DNA of 64,000 bases from Frateuria sp. (lineage in GTDB: Bacteria; Pseudomonadota; Gammaproteobacteria; Xanthomonadales; Rhodanobacteraceae). Positions 19,887 through 29,354 of this stretch are shown one piece after another. How positions within the stretch are numbered: the first letter of the stretch is position 1; the number at the start of each line of letters is the position of its first letter. Location of the stretch: contig NZ_DASZBH010000016.1 in NCBI RefSeq assembly GCF_035944355.1, positions 26,304 to 90,303 of the forward strand. The letters run 5' to 3'. The notes under the pieces are model-generated. The model had not been told where the DNA came from, ran no database searches, and saw only the letters and a program-made list of their open reading frames with translations. The translations under genes were made by a program, and so were the position numbers.

Positions 19887-21590
19887 ATGCATCGGATCCA
19901 TCTGCTCACCCTGTGGCTGGCAAGCGCCCTGCCGGCGCTCGCCATCGCCCAGGATGCGCCCATGCTGTTCGCGCCGGGAGTGATTTCCGGGCCGCAGGGC
20001 GCGGGCGCCGCCGCGTTCATGCCTGACGGCAACACGGTCTATTTCATGCGCGGTACCGGCCAGGGCGATGGCTTGAACGTGTTCGAAGCGCACCGCAGCG
20101 CGAGCGGTTGGTCGACGCCCCGACCGGCGCCGTTTTCCGGCCACTGGCGCGACCTCGATCCGACGATGGCGCCGGACGGCTCCTACCTGCTGTTCGTTTC
20201 CAACCGGCCGGCGCGCGGCGGTGCGCCGGTCGACATGACTTACGACGGCAAGCGCTATCCCGGCCGCGGCATGAACCTGTGGCGGGTCGACCGCAAGGGC
20301 GACGGCTGGACCGCGCCGGTGCGCCTGCCCGACCTGGTCAACAGCTGCCCGACGACCTTCGCGCCGAGCGTCACCGCCGATGGCGGCCTCTACTACATCG
20401 GCTGCGACGGCGCGCGCCAGCCCTTGCACCTGATGCATGCGGCCTACCGGCAAGGCCGTTACCTCGCGCCCGAGGTGGTCAAGCTCGCCGACGCGGAAAC
20501 GACGATCCGCGATCCGGCCGTCGCGCCCGACGGTTCGTTCCTGGTGGTCAGCCAGAAGCGCGCGCCGAGCCCGGCCTACCGCCTGGCGATCGCCTTCCGC
20601 ACGCCGGACGGCTGGACCACGCCGCAGGACCTGGGGGACATCGCCAACCAGGGTACGAGCAACATGAGCAGCCAGCTCGGTCCCGACCATCGCACCCTGT
20701 ACTTTTCCAGCGACCGTGCCACCGGCCAGGGCGGCAGCGGCGGCAACGACAACCTGTGGCGGCTCTCGCTCGCGCCGTGGATCGCCGCCGGTCCCGCGGT
20801 GGATGCGCCATGGACGCTGCCCGACGACGCCTCGCCGGCCTTCAGCCGCGACGGGCGCGCGGTGGTGTTCTCACGCGGCCGCGCCGCCACGCGCCGCGTG
20901 TACGTCTCGCAGCGGCAGCGCGCGCTCTGGTCGGCACCGCGACCGGCGCCGTTCTCGGGCCAGGCCTGGATGGACCTGGAGCCGGCGATGGCACCGGACG
21001 GCTCCTACCTGGTGTTCGTCTCCAACCGGCCGGCGCTGCCGGGCGGCAAAGCGCTCGATGGCGCCTACGAGGGACAGTCCGCGCCCGGCCGCGGCGGCAA
21101 CCTGTGGCGCGTGGACCGCACCGCGGACGGCTGGGGCGAGCCGGTCCGCCTGCCCTTGCCGCTGAACGCCGGCACGTCGGTCTATGCGCCGGCCGTGGCG
21201 GCGGACGGCAGCGTGTACTTCATGCAGCCGGACCCGGCGACCGGCCACTTCCGGCTGTGTCGCAGCCGCTTCGCGCACGGCCGTTACCAGGCGCCCGAGC
21301 CGCTGTCCTTCAGCGACGGCCGGGTGGCCGACTACGATCCGGCGATCGCGCCGGACCAGTCCTACATCGTGTTCAGTTCCGACCGGCCGCCCTCGACCGC
21401 AGGCAGCAGCGCGATCTTCATCGCGTTCGCCCATGACCAGGGCTGGGGCACGCCGATTCCGCTGGGCCCGTCCGGCATCGAGTCGCGCCTGGCACCTGAC
21501 CTGTCCGGCCTGTACTTCAGCGGTCCGGACCGGCGCATTCACCGCTTCGCGCTCGCCGCCTGGCTCGAGCAGCACGCCACGGGTCGATGA
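19887..21590 (+). CDS. secreted protein with two tandem PD40/TolB-like beta-propeller modules
   Basis: Signal peptide MHRIHLLTLWLASALPALAIAQ. Two ~270-aa internal repeats, each with PAPFSG...D.eP.MAPDGSYLvFVSNRP...NLWRVDR..DGW..PVRLP. Confidence 0.8.
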   Translation: MHRIHLLTLWLASALPALAIAQDAPMLFAPGVISGPQGAGAAAFMPDGNTVYFMRGTGQGDGLNVFEAHRSASGWSTPRPAPFSGHWRDLDPTMAPDGSYLLFVSNRPARGGAPVDMTYDGKRYPGRGMNLWRVDRKGDGWTAPVRLPDLVNSCPTTFAPSVTADGGLYYIGCDGARQPLHLMHAAYRQGRYLAPEVVKLADAETTIRDPAVAPDGSFLVVSQKRAPSPAYRLAIAFRTPDGWTTPQDLGDIANQGTSNMSSQLGPDHRTLYFSSDRATGQGGSGGNDNLWRLSLAPWIAAGPAVDAPWTLPDDASPAFSRDGRAVVFSRGRAATRRVYVSQRQRALWSAPRPAPFSGQAWMDLEPAMAPDGSYLVFVSNRPALPGGKALDGAYEGQSAPGRGGNLWRVDRTADGWGEPVRLPLPLNAGTSVYAPAVAADGSVYFMQPDPATGHFRLCRSRFAHGRYQAPEPLSFSDGRVADYDPAIAPDQSYIVFSSDRPPSTAGSSAIFIAFAHDQGWGTPIPLGPSGIESRLAPDLSGLYFSGPDRRIHRFALAAWLEQHATGR

Positions 21591-21656
21591 GGCATCTTTT
21601 CCCGGCCGCCGGCAGCCTGCACACTGCAAGGCCCTGGCCTGCGCGGGAGCGCTGCG

Positions 21657-22766
21657 ATGGAACCTGTCCGCGGAGGCTTTGCGCCCGCGCAACCCACGAC
21701 GCGGCTCGGGCGCCAGGCGCTGGCGTTCGTCTTCTGGACCTTGCTGGCGCTCTCCTACACGCTCAGCGCCGGCCTGTCGTCGATCAGCGAGGGGCATCCG
21801 CCCGGCTGGGCGCGCGTGCTGGTGTGGAACCTGTCCAACTTCTGGCTGTGGATGGCGCTGGTGCCGCTGGTGGCCTGGCTCGGACGGCGCGGCGCGGACG
21901 GCGGCTGGCGCCGCTTCTGCGCGGTGCACGTGCCGGCGGGGTTGGTGGTGGCGTTGCTGCACATGCTGGTGCAGCTGTCCCTGTTCTGGTTCGTGTGCGG
22001 CCCCGGGCGCATGCCGGTGCACACGCTGGGCAGCTACGTCGCCATGGAGTTCGCCTACAGCTACCACCTGGCGGTGCTCACCTACTGGATCATCCTGGTG
22101 GTGCTGCGCGGCCTGGAATCGCGACGGCGGCTGCGCGACGAACAGCTGCGCAGCGCGCAGTTGCAGACCCAGCTGGCGCAGGCGCAACTGCAGGCGCTGC
22201 GCATGCAGCTGCAACCGCATTTCCTGTTCAACACGCTCAACGCCATTTCGGCGCTGGCGCTGGCCGATCCGCTGCAGGCGCGGCTGATGATCGCGCGGCT
22301 GAGCGACCTGCTGCGCCTGACGCTGGAGGAGCGCCACGCCGCCGAGATCCCGCTGGCGCGGGAGATGGAATTCCTGCGTTGCTACCTGGAGATCCAGCAG
22401 GTGCGCTTCCAGGACCGGCTGGACACGCGGCTGGACGTGGCGCAGGACACGCTGCGCGCGGCGGTGCCCAGCATGATCCTGCAGCCGCTGGTGGAGAACG
22501 CGCTGCGCCATGGCCTGCTGGCCAAGCCCGAGCCGGGCACCCTGCATATCGCCAGCCGCCGCGACGGCGACCTGCTGCACCTGCGCATCGACGACGACGG
22601 CCTGGGCCTGCCGCCGGACGGACCGCTCGAGGGCCTGGGCCTGGGCAACACGCGGGCGCGGCTGGCCGTGCTGTTCGGCGCGGCGGCCAGCCTGGAACTC
22701 AACCGCAGGGCCGAGGGCGGCACGCGGGTGGAACTGCGCCTGCCCTTCCGCGAGCACGCGGCATGA
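21657..22766 (+). CDS. LytS/YehU-family sensor histidine kinase
   Basis: Multi-TM N-terminus. His_kinase H-box LQPHFLFNTLNAISALA. ATPase N-box ILQPLVENALRHG. G-box GLGLGNTRARL. Confidence 0.9.
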   Translation: MEPVRGGFAPAQPTTRLGRQALAFVFWTLLALSYTLSAGLSSISEGHPPGWARVLVWNLSNFWLWMALVPLVAWLGRRGADGGWRRFCAVHVPAGLVVALLHMLVQLSLFWFVCGPGRMPVHTLGSYVAMEFAYSYHLAVLTYWIILVVLRGLESRRRLRDEQLRSAQLQTQLAQAQLQALRMQLQPHFLFNTLNAISALALADPLQARLMIARLSDLLRLTLEERHAAEIPLAREMEFLRCYLEIQQVRFQDRLDTRLDVAQDTLRAAVPSMILQPLVENALRHGLLAKPEPGTLHIASRRDGDLLHLRIDDDGLGLPPDGPLEGLGLGNTRARLAVLFGAAASLELNRRAEGGTRVELRLPFREHAA

Positions 22767-23515
22767 ATACCGGACCGATCCGCACCCTGCTGGTCGACGA
22801 CGAAGTGCTGGCCCGCCTGGCGCTGCGCCAGGCGCTGGCGGCGCACGCGGACTTCGAGATCGTCGGCGAATGCGGCAACGCCGCCGAGGCGATGCAGGCG
22901 GTGGCCGCGCTCGCGCCGGATCTCCTGTTCCTGGACATCCGCATGCCGGGCCTGGACGGCTTCCGGCTGCTGCACCAGCTCAGGCCCGACACGCTGCCGA
23001 TGGTGGTGTTCGCCACCGCCTACGGCCAGCACGCGCTGCGGGCGTTCGACGCCAACGCGCTGGACTACGTCCTGAAGCCCCTCGACCAGGCGCGTTTCGA
23101 CCAGGCCCTGGCGCGCGTGCGCCGGCACTGGCGCGGACTGCACGCGCGCACACCGGCCGGCATCTCGCCGGCGACGGGCGGGCCGGTGCAGCGGCTGAGC
23201 GTGCGCGTGGGCGAGCATATCCGCGTGATCGCGGTGGAAACCATCGACTGGATCGAAGCCGACGGCAACTACGTGCACATCCACGTGGGCAAGCAGGCCT
23301 ACCTGCACCGCGAGACGCTGCGGGGCCTGCTCGCCGCGCTCGATCCCGGCCGCTTCCTGCGCATCCACCGCGGCACGCTGGTGAACGTCGAACGCATCCG
23401 CGAGATCCACCCGCTGTTCCAGGGCAACGCGGAGGTGGTGCTGCACGATGGCACGCGGCTGAACCTGAGCCGGCGCTTCCGCCTGCACGCCCGGCGCGCG
23501 CTCGGCATGGCCTAA
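22763..23515 (+). CDS. LytR/AlgR-family (LytTR) response regulator
   Basis: The ATG at 22763 overlaps the kinase stop (ATGA). Receiver LLVDDEVLAR...DLLFLDIRMPGLDGF. LytTR DNA-binding domain IDWIEADGNYVHIHVGKQAYLHRETL. Confidence 0.9.
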   Translation: MNTGPIRTLLVDDEVLARLALRQALAAHADFEIVGECGNAAEAMQAVAALAPDLLFLDIRMPGLDGFRLLHQLRPDTLPMVVFATAYGQHALRAFDANALDYVLKPLDQARFDQALARVRRHWRGLHARTPAGISPATGGPVQRLSVRVGEHIRVIAVETIDWIEADGNYVHIHVGKQAYLHRETLRGLLAALDPGRFLRIHRGTLVNVERIREIHPLFQGNAEVVLHDGTRLNLSRRFRLHARRALGMA

Positions 23516-23632
23516 ACGCCCTGGCCGGCGCAGGACGGCCGCCGGGCCCGCCGTGGCGACCGCTCGTCACAAACCGGCGGCGGCCGGGGCGAAGGCCAAG
23601 CACGCTGGCCGCTCCCTCCGCGAGAACTGCGC

Positions 23633-24604
23633 ATGCGACTGCCCCGCTCCGCCTGGGCCCTGGCCCTTGCCCTGGCCTGTGCCACCTGCTCCGCCGCCGA
23701 ACTGGTCGGCGCCGGCGTGATCTCCACCGGCCTGCAGGAAACCTCCGCCGCGGTCTCGCCGGACGGCGCCACGCTGTTCTTCATGCGCTCGGACTTCGCC
23801 GAGAAGGACGACACCATCCTGGTCTCGCACCTCGAAGGAGGCCACTGGTCGAGGCCCGAGGTCGCCCCGTTCTCCGGTCGCTGGCACGATTCGGAGCCGG
23901 CCTACGCGCCGGACGGCAGGCGCCTCTACTTCGTATCCAACCGTCCGCTGCGCGCGGGCGGCCCGGCGCTGGAGGTCGAGCAGTCCGGCCAGCGCTTCGC
24001 CGGCACCAACCTCTGGTACGTGGAGCGCCGGGCGGACGGTCGCTGGAGCGAGCCGGTGCACGTCGATGGCGCGCTCAACGACGGCGCGCAGCTGTACAAC
24101 CCCTCGATCGCGGCCAACGGCGACATCTATTTCTCCGCCCATCGGCCGGACTCGGGCCGGCTCTATCAGATCTATGTGGCGCGGCGCACCGCCCAAGGCT
24201 ATGCGGCGCCCGAGCGCGTGGACCTGGGCGACGCCTCGCGCAACCGCATGGATCCCTGCATCGACCCGCAGCAGCGCTTCCTGCTGTTCGCCGGCAACGA
24301 GGGCGACGCGCTGGGCAGCGCGGACATCTACATAGCCTTCCGCCAGGGCGACGGCCGCTGGGGCAAGCCCGAGCACCTGGGCGGCGAGGTCAACACCGCC
24401 AGCCTGGAGAACGCGCCTTCGCTCGGGCCGCATTTCGGCGAACTCTACGTGTCGAGCAACCGCGAGGAAGCACCGCGCCTTCCCAAGCCGCGCGACGATT
24501 CCGGTTCGCTGCAACGGCGGCTGGAAGGGCCGCTCAACGGCTCGCGCAACCTCTGGCGTTTCGACATCGCCGACGTGCTGCGCGAGCACGGGATCGGGCG
24601 CTGA
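23633..24604 (+). CDS. secreted PD40/TolB-like beta-propeller protein (single-module paralog of 19887..21590)
   Basis: Signal peptide MRLPRSAWALALALACATCSA. The same module signature as the upstream gene: VAPFSGRWHDSEPAYAPDGRRLYFVSNRP...NLWYVERRADGRWSEPVHV. Confidence 0.8.
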   Translation: MRLPRSAWALALALACATCSAAELVGAGVISTGLQETSAAVSPDGATLFFMRSDFAEKDDTILVSHLEGGHWSRPEVAPFSGRWHDSEPAYAPDGRRLYFVSNRPLRAGGPALEVEQSGQRFAGTNLWYVERRADGRWSEPVHVDGALNDGAQLYNPSIAANGDIYFSAHRPDSGRLYQIYVARRTAQGYAAPERVDLGDASRNRMDPCIDPQQRFLLFAGNEGDALGSADIYIAFRQGDGRWGKPEHLGGEVNTASLENAPSLGPHFGELYVSSNREEAPRLPKPRDDSGSLQRRLEGPLNGSRNLWRFDIADVLREHGIGR

Positions 24605-24623
24605 CCCCGCACGTCCGGTCCGC

Positions 24624-25763
24624 CTAGCGCTGCGCCATCACCGCGAACCAGCGCCAGCCGCGCACGCGTTCGGCGACCAGCTTGCAGCTGGTCAGCATCG
24701 GCACCGCCAGCAGCGCGCCGGGGATGCCCCACAGCCAGCCCCACACCAGCAGCCAGATCAGGATCGCGATCGGCGACAGGCGCATGCGGTGGCCCTGGAT
24801 CATCGGCGTGATCAGGTTGCCCTCGATCGCGGTCATGCCGGCGAAGGTCAGCGCCGGCAGCAGCGCCGTACCGATCTCGTGGGCATTGATCAGGCCCACC
24901 AGCGCCAGCACGATCGTGGTGACGATGGCGCCCACGTAGGGGATGAAGTTGGCCATCATCGCCACCGCGCCCCACAGCAGCGGATCGGGTACGTGGTAGA
25001 GCCACAGCATCAGCGTGGTCAGGGCGCCGAGGGTCGCGTTGATAAGCAACGCAGTGAGCAGGTAGCGCGAGACTTCGACCTGGATGCTGCGCACGATCTC
25101 CACCGCGTGGCGCTTGTAGGCGAAGCTCGGCGAGATCTCCACCAGCCGGCGCAGCAGCGAGTCGCCGTAGATCAGGAAGAAGAACACCAGCAGCACCACC
25201 GTGAGCACCGCGGCCAGCACCTTGGGTGCGGTGGAGACCACGTCCCAGGCGGAGATCGCCACCGCGGTCGGCTGCGTCGGCGTGGCCCGCACCGGTTCGC
25301 CGACCAGGCTCTGCGTGGCGCGGTTGGCCGCCTCCAGCGGCTTGGTCACGCTGCGCAGCTTGGGCACGAAGCTCTTGATCGCCGCCGGTGCGCCGTGGAA
25401 CCAGCCCAGCGCCGGCTGCGTCAGCGCGCCGATGCCTGCGCCCAGTCCGGTCAGCAGGGCGAGCATCAGCACGCTGGCGGTCAGCCAGCGCGGCAGCCGA
25501 TGGCGCGCGCCGGCGGCCACGATCGGATTGAGCGCCAGCCCGATGAACGCGGCCAGCACCAGCGGGATCAGCAGCACGCGCGTGATCGTGACGGTGTAGA
25601 GCAGCGCCAGCACCAGCAAGGCGTTGAGCACGAAGCGCACCGCCAGCAGGTGGCGCCGCAACGCGCGTGCCGCGCGCAGCGGCGGCGGCGGCGTGGCCGG
25701 CAGCACGGCCGCGGGCGCCACGTCGACCGCAGCCGGCGTGACGTCGGGATCGGGCAGGTTCAT
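24624..25763 (-). CDS. AI-2E family transporter (UPF0118/PerM-like permease)
   Basis: 379-aa polytopic protein with the typical family C-terminal segment IPYVGAIV...GLLGALLAVP-like (NFIPYVGAIVTTIV..., WGIPGALLAVPMLT). Its ATG overlaps the upstream stop (ATGA at 25760-25763). Confidence 0.88.
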   Translation of the reverse strand: MNLPDPDVTPAAVDVAPAAVLPATPPPPLRAARALRRHLLAVRFVLNALLVLALLYTVTITRVLLIPLVLAAFIGLALNPIVAAGARHRLPRWLTASVLMLALLTGLGAGIGALTQPALGWFHGAPAAIKSFVPKLRSVTKPLEAANRATQSLVGEPVRATPTQPTAVAISAWDVVSTAPKVLAAVLTVVLLVFFFLIYGDSLLRRLVEISPSFAYKRHAVEIVRSIQVEVSRYLLTALLINATLGALTTLMLWLYHVPDPLLWGAVAMMANFIPYVGAIVTTIVLALVGLINAHEIGTALLPALTFAGMTAIEGNLITPMIQGHRMRLSPIAILIWLLVWGWLWGIPGALLAVPMLTSCKLVAERVRGWRWFAVMAQR

Positions 25764-26041
25764 GCGTCCTCGGTGGTGGCGTGCGCCAGGAAGCCCGCAC
25801 CCAGGGCGGTCAGTTCGCTCATCACGCCGCCGATCAGCCCGCTCATGCCCGGCAGGCGCATCGGATGCACGTCCATGCGGCCCATCACCAGGCCGGCACC
25901 GGCGGCGACACCCAGGACGACGAGCGGATGCCGCTCGCCGCGCGCGAGCAGGGCCGAGGCCGGCACGGCGACCGCGCGGCGCGCCTCGCTCATACGTTGT
26001 TGCGCGGACCGTACCCGCGCGTGCTGGCCGAACATGCTCAT
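25760..26041 (-). CDS. YqjK-like small membrane protein
   Basis: 93-aa reading MSMFGQHARVRSAQQRMSEARRAV...PLVVLGVAAGAGLVMG... It is coupled by ATGA overlaps to both neighbours. Its position after the DUF883 and holin-like genes matches the enteric yqjD-yqjE-yqjK order. Confidence 0.55.
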   Translation of the reverse strand: MSMFGQHARVRSAQQRMSEARRAVAVPASALLARGERHPLVVLGVAAGAGLVMGRMDVHPMRLPGMSGLIGGVMSELTALGAGFLAHATTEDA

Positions 26042-26499
26042 GCCGCGTCCTCCCGTTCCACCCGGCGCCGGGCCCGTGCCCGCGTCGCGCGCATCATCGC
26101 ACTCCATTCGGTGCGCGTGGCGGGCAGGGTCATCCAGTGCATGCAGCGGCGGAAGAACATGATCGCTACCAGCAGGAACACCAGTTGCAGCGCGGCCAGC
26201 GTCAGCAGGGCCCAGACCCAGGAAGCGAACCACTTGGCCAGCAGCACGCCGACCAGCGCCAGCAGGGTCAGGCCCAGGCCCACGCCGGCGATGGTGGCGG
26301 CCAGGCCCGCCAGCAGCATCCAGGAGATCGCGCTGCGCGCCAGGCCGATTTCGGCCGACAGCAATTCCAGCTGCGCGCCGAACAGTTCCTTGATGGCGAC
26401 GCCGAGCTGGCTCAGCTCGGCGAGCACGCCCGTGTGCGGCGGCGGCGTCCCGGCGCCACCCTCGGGGTCGGATTGTTCGGCCTCAGGCATCCCTGGCAC
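26038..26499 (-). CDS. phage-holin-family/YqjE-like (DUF1469) membrane protein
   Basis: Amphipathic N-terminal segment LAELSQLGVAIKELFGAQLELLSAEIGLA followed by two TM helices. GTG at 26499 or ATG at 26490. Confidence 0.7.
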   Translation of the reverse strand: MPGMPEAEQSDPEGGAGTPPPHTGVLAELSQLGVAIKELFGAQLELLSAEIGLARSAISWMLLAGLAATIAGVGLGLTLLALVGVLLAKWFASWVWALLTLAALQLVFLLVAIMFFRRCMHWMTLPATRTEWSAMMRATRARARRRVEREDAA

Positions 26500-26514
26500 C
26501 CGTCAGCGAAAGGA

Positions 26515-26961
26515 TCAGCGGCGCAGGATACGCCCCAGCAACCAGCCTGCGCCCACGGCGATGGCGATCGACTGAAGTGGCTTCTCGCGCACGTAGGCGC
26601 GCGCCTGCGTCATCCAGGCGTCGGCCTTGTCCATGGTTTCATCGCGCAGTTCACGGCCGCGATCGGCCAGGTCCGCGGCCTTGTCGTTGGCACGGTGCGC
26701 CGCGCCGGCGGCCTTGTCGGTGGCGTGATGTACGCCGGCTTCGACCTTGTCGGCGGTGTCGTTGACCACCTGCTTGGTGCGCGCCACCGCCTCGGAGGTG
26801 GCGTGCTTGACACGCTCCGCGCTCTGGTCGATACGGTCATTTGCCTTGGACTGGCCGCCGGCCACATCGGCCATTCGCGCGTTGGCCATCGCCGGGTTCG
26901 ATACCGCCGGATTCAAGCCGTTGTCACGCGGGTTGGATGAACTGTGGGTGGAGTTGGTCAT
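26515..26961 (-). CDS. DUF883 (ElaB/YqjD/YgaM-like) C-tail-anchored stress protein
   Basis: Repetitive helical region (...VVNDTADKVEAGVHHATDKAAGAAHRANDKAADLADRG...) and a C-terminal anchor PLQSIAIAVGAGWLLGRILRR. GGGAGAA Shine-Dalgarno upstream. Confidence 0.85.
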   Translation of the reverse strand: MTNSTHSSSNPRDNGLNPAVSNPAMANARMADVAGGQSKANDRIDQSAERVKHATSEAVARTKQVVNDTADKVEAGVHHATDKAAGAAHRANDKAADLADRGRELRDETMDKADAWMTQARAYVREKPLQSIAIAVGAGWLLGRILRR

Positions 26962-26993
26962 GGCGTTCTCCCGGTGTTAGGTGACGCCGCCGC

Positions 26994-27149
26994 TCAACTG
27001 GCGCGGCGGAAGAAGGCGATGATCGCCAGGATCAGGAAAATGATGAACAGGATCTTCGCGATGCCGGCGGCAGCGCCTGCGATGCCGCCGAAACCGAGGA
27101 TGGCAGCGATGATGGCGATGACCAGAAAGACGATGGCGTAGTGCAGCAT
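26994..27149 (-). CDS. DUF1328 (UPF0391/YtjA-like) small membrane protein
   Basis: 51 aa, [54 protein letters not shown] at 27149 preceded by GAGGAAG. Confidence 0.8.
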   Translation of the reverse strand: MLHYAIVFLVIAIIAAILGFGGIAGAAAGIAKILFIIFLILAIIAFFRRAS

Positions 27150-27273
27150 GACGGCTTCCTCATGGGTGGGGAGCGGATTCCCTTGTGGGCCGGCCTGCAA
27201 GGCCAGACGCTTTCCATTCATCCACAGGGGCTGCCATCTGCATGTGAAGAGGCGCGTGCCAGCGTGCCTTCGT

Positions 27274-27894
27274 TCATGACGCGTGGGGATGGATCGCGTA
27301 GGTACCGGTCAGTTCCGCGCTCGCCAGCACGTGCCCGGCCATCGCCGCACGCAGCTGGTCGACCCCGAAGCCGGCGGCCAGGCCTAGCGACGCCACGTCG
27401 AGCGCATGCAGCCGGAAGTGGTAGCGGTGAACGCGTGCGTCGTTCCACGGCGGGCAAGGGCCGTCGTAGCCGAGGTAGGTGCCGGCCATCTGCGGGTCGG
27501 CGGCGAACCAGCCGCTGTAGTCGTTCTCGCCCTGCACGCTGCCGGGCGGCCCCGAGGGCGCACGCTTGCCGCGCGGGGTGATGCCACGGCTGCACGAGCC
27601 TTCGCCCAGTTCGCCGCACTCGGCCGGGATGTCGGCCATCAGCCAGTGCACGAACTCCACGCGCGGCAGGTCGGCGCTGACCGTGCGGCCTTCCTTGTTG
27701 ACGTCGTCGCCGCGGCTGGGCGCATCGGAATCGATGCAGGTGAGCACGAACGAGCGCGTGCCCGGCGGCGCATCGCGCCATGCCAGGTGTGGGCTCAGGT
27801 TGTCGGACAGGGCGATCGGCTCGCCGGGCTTGCCGAAGGCGCACCTGGCCGGGATCGGCTGGCCGTGCTGGAAATCGTCGCTGCGCAGTTGCAT
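27274..27894 (-). CDS. YbhB/YbcL family (PEBP / Raf-kinase-inhibitor-like) protein
   Basis: PEBP motifs [42 protein letters not shown]. Confidence 0.85.
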   Translation of the reverse strand: MQLRSDDFQHGQPIPARCAFGKPGEPIALSDNLSPHLAWRDAPPGTRSFVLTCIDSDAPSRGDDVNKEGRTVSADLPRVEFVHWLMADIPAECGELGEGSCSRGITPRGKRAPSGPPGSVQGENDYSGWFAADPQMAGTYLGYDGPCPPWNDARVHRYHFRLHALDVASLGLAAGFGVDQLRAAMAGHVLASAELTGTYAIHPHAS

Positions 27895-27971
27895 GGGATT
27901 GTCCTTCGGTGATCATGGCGCCGGGCGCCGCACGGGAAATTGCGCCCCCTGCAGGGACGGAGCGCGGCGCG

Positions 27972-29069
27972 TTAGCGGCCGGCCTTGTCGTAGGTCACGC
28001 GGTACACCGCACCGGCCAGGTCGTCGCTCACCAGCAGGCTGCCGTCCGGCAGCATCTGCACGTCCACCGGTCGGCCCCAGGCCTGCTCGTCCTGCTCGAA
28101 GCCGGTGATGAACGGCTCGTAGGAAGCCACCTTGCCGCCCTCCAGCCGCACGGCCATCACGCGATAGCCGGACTTCTTCGTGCGGTTCCAGGAGCCGTGC
28201 TCGGCGACGAAGATCGCGCCCTGGTAATGCGCGGGGAACTGCCTGCCGGTGTAGAAGCGCATGCCCAGCGAGGCCACGTGCGCGCCGAGCTTGAGCACCG
28301 GCGGGGCGTAGTCCTTGCAGTTGTGGCCCTTGCCGAACTCCGGATCGAGGACGTCGCCCTGGTGGCAGTAGGGGTAGCCGAAGTGCTCGCCCACGCGGTC
28401 GAGCCGGTTGAGCTCGTCGCTGGGCACGTCGTCGCCCATCAGGTCGCGGCCGTTGTCGGTGAACCACAGTTTGCCGGTGGCGGGTTGCCAGTCGAAGCCG
28501 ACCGTATTGCGAATGCCGTAGGCGACGTCCTGGAGGCCCGTGCCGTCGGAATTCATGCGGGTCAGCTTGGCGTAGTCCTTGTCCTTGTCGCAGATGTTGC
28601 ATGGCGCGCCGATCGGCACGTAGAGCTTGCCGTCCGGACCGAAGGCGATGAACTTCCAGCCGTGGTGCGTCTCGGTGGGATATTTGTCGTAGACGACCTG
28701 GGGTTTGGGTGGGTCGTCCAGGTGGTCCTCGATGTCGCGCAGCACCAGGATGCGGCTGACCGCCGAGACGTACAGATCACCCTTGTGGAAGGCCACGCCC
28801 ACCGGCAGCTGCAGGCCGCTGGCGATCACCCGCACCTTGTCCGCGCGACCGTCGTGGTGGGTATCGGTGAGCGCATAGACCTTGCCCGCGTCCATGGAGC
28901 CGACGAACACGGTGCCCTTGGCGCCCAGCGCCAGCTCCCGCGCCTGCGGCACCTGGTCCGAATACACCGCGATGTGGAAGCCCTTGGGCAGGGTCAGCCG
29001 GTCCAGCGCCGGTGCGGCCCACGCCGGCGCCACGACCAGGGCCAGCAGCAGCGAAAGCAGTACGCGCAT
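27972..29069 (-). CDS. PQQ-dependent sugar (sorbosone/aldose) dehydrogenase family protein, periplasmic
   Basis: Signal peptide MRVLLSLLLALVVAPAWA. Beta-propeller family segments GVAFHKGDLYV, HGWKFIAFGPDGKLYVPIGAPCN, GIRNTVGFDWQP, LWFTDNGRD, FGYPYCHQG. AAGGAGA Shine-Dalgarno upstream. Confidence 0.85.
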   Translation of the reverse strand: MRVLLSLLLALVVAPAWAAPALDRLTLPKGFHIAVYSDQVPQARELALGAKGTVFVGSMDAGKVYALTDTHHDGRADKVRVIASGLQLPVGVAFHKGDLYVSAVSRILVLRDIEDHLDDPPKPQVVYDKYPTETHHGWKFIAFGPDGKLYVPIGAPCNICDKDKDYAKLTRMNSDGTGLQDVAYGIRNTVGFDWQPATGKLWFTDNGRDLMGDDVPSDELNRLDRVGEHFGYPYCHQGDVLDPEFGKGHNCKDYAPPVLKLGAHVASLGMRFYTGRQFPAHYQGAIFVAEHGSWNRTKKSGYRVMAVRLEGGKVASYEPFITGFEQDEQAWGRPVDVQMLPDGSLLVSDDLAGAVYRVTYDKAGR

Positions 29070-29320
29070 GAGGCATCTCCTTGCAGCGGAAAGGCCAGCG
29101 TAGCGCCGATGCCGTTAAGCCGGAAGGATGCGCCGGCCGTCGGGCATCGCCGGCGCGGTGGCCGACTGTCGTGCCCGTGGCCGGCAGCGGCAGCCGGGAC
29201 GGCGGCGTCTCGCGCCGCGTGCTCGGCTACCTGCTCACCTGGCTGGCCGAGCGCAAGGCCTGGGGTGTTCGTCGGGCGCGCGAGCGCTGCATGCCGGCCG
29301 CTGGATGTCCGCCCGCCCAC

Positions 29321-29354
29321 GCTGCAAATGTTGCAGCCGAGCGCAAATCTTGCG
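29321..29354. promoter_or_regulatory. two adjacent small palindromes of unknown role (candidate tandem operator or hairpins)
   Basis: GCTGCAA-ATG-TTGCAGC (29321-29337) and CGCAA-ATC-TTGCG (29342-29354), with centres 19 nt apart. They share a GCAA-AT-N-TTGC core and sit in an otherwise unannotated 780-bp gap. Confidence 0.25.

Noticed and set aside
26494-26510. TGGCAC hexamer near the start of the holin-like gene
   Set aside because: No TTGC element lies at the required distance. The hexamer is on the plus strand while the nearby genes are on the minus strand, and it overlaps the coding or start region.
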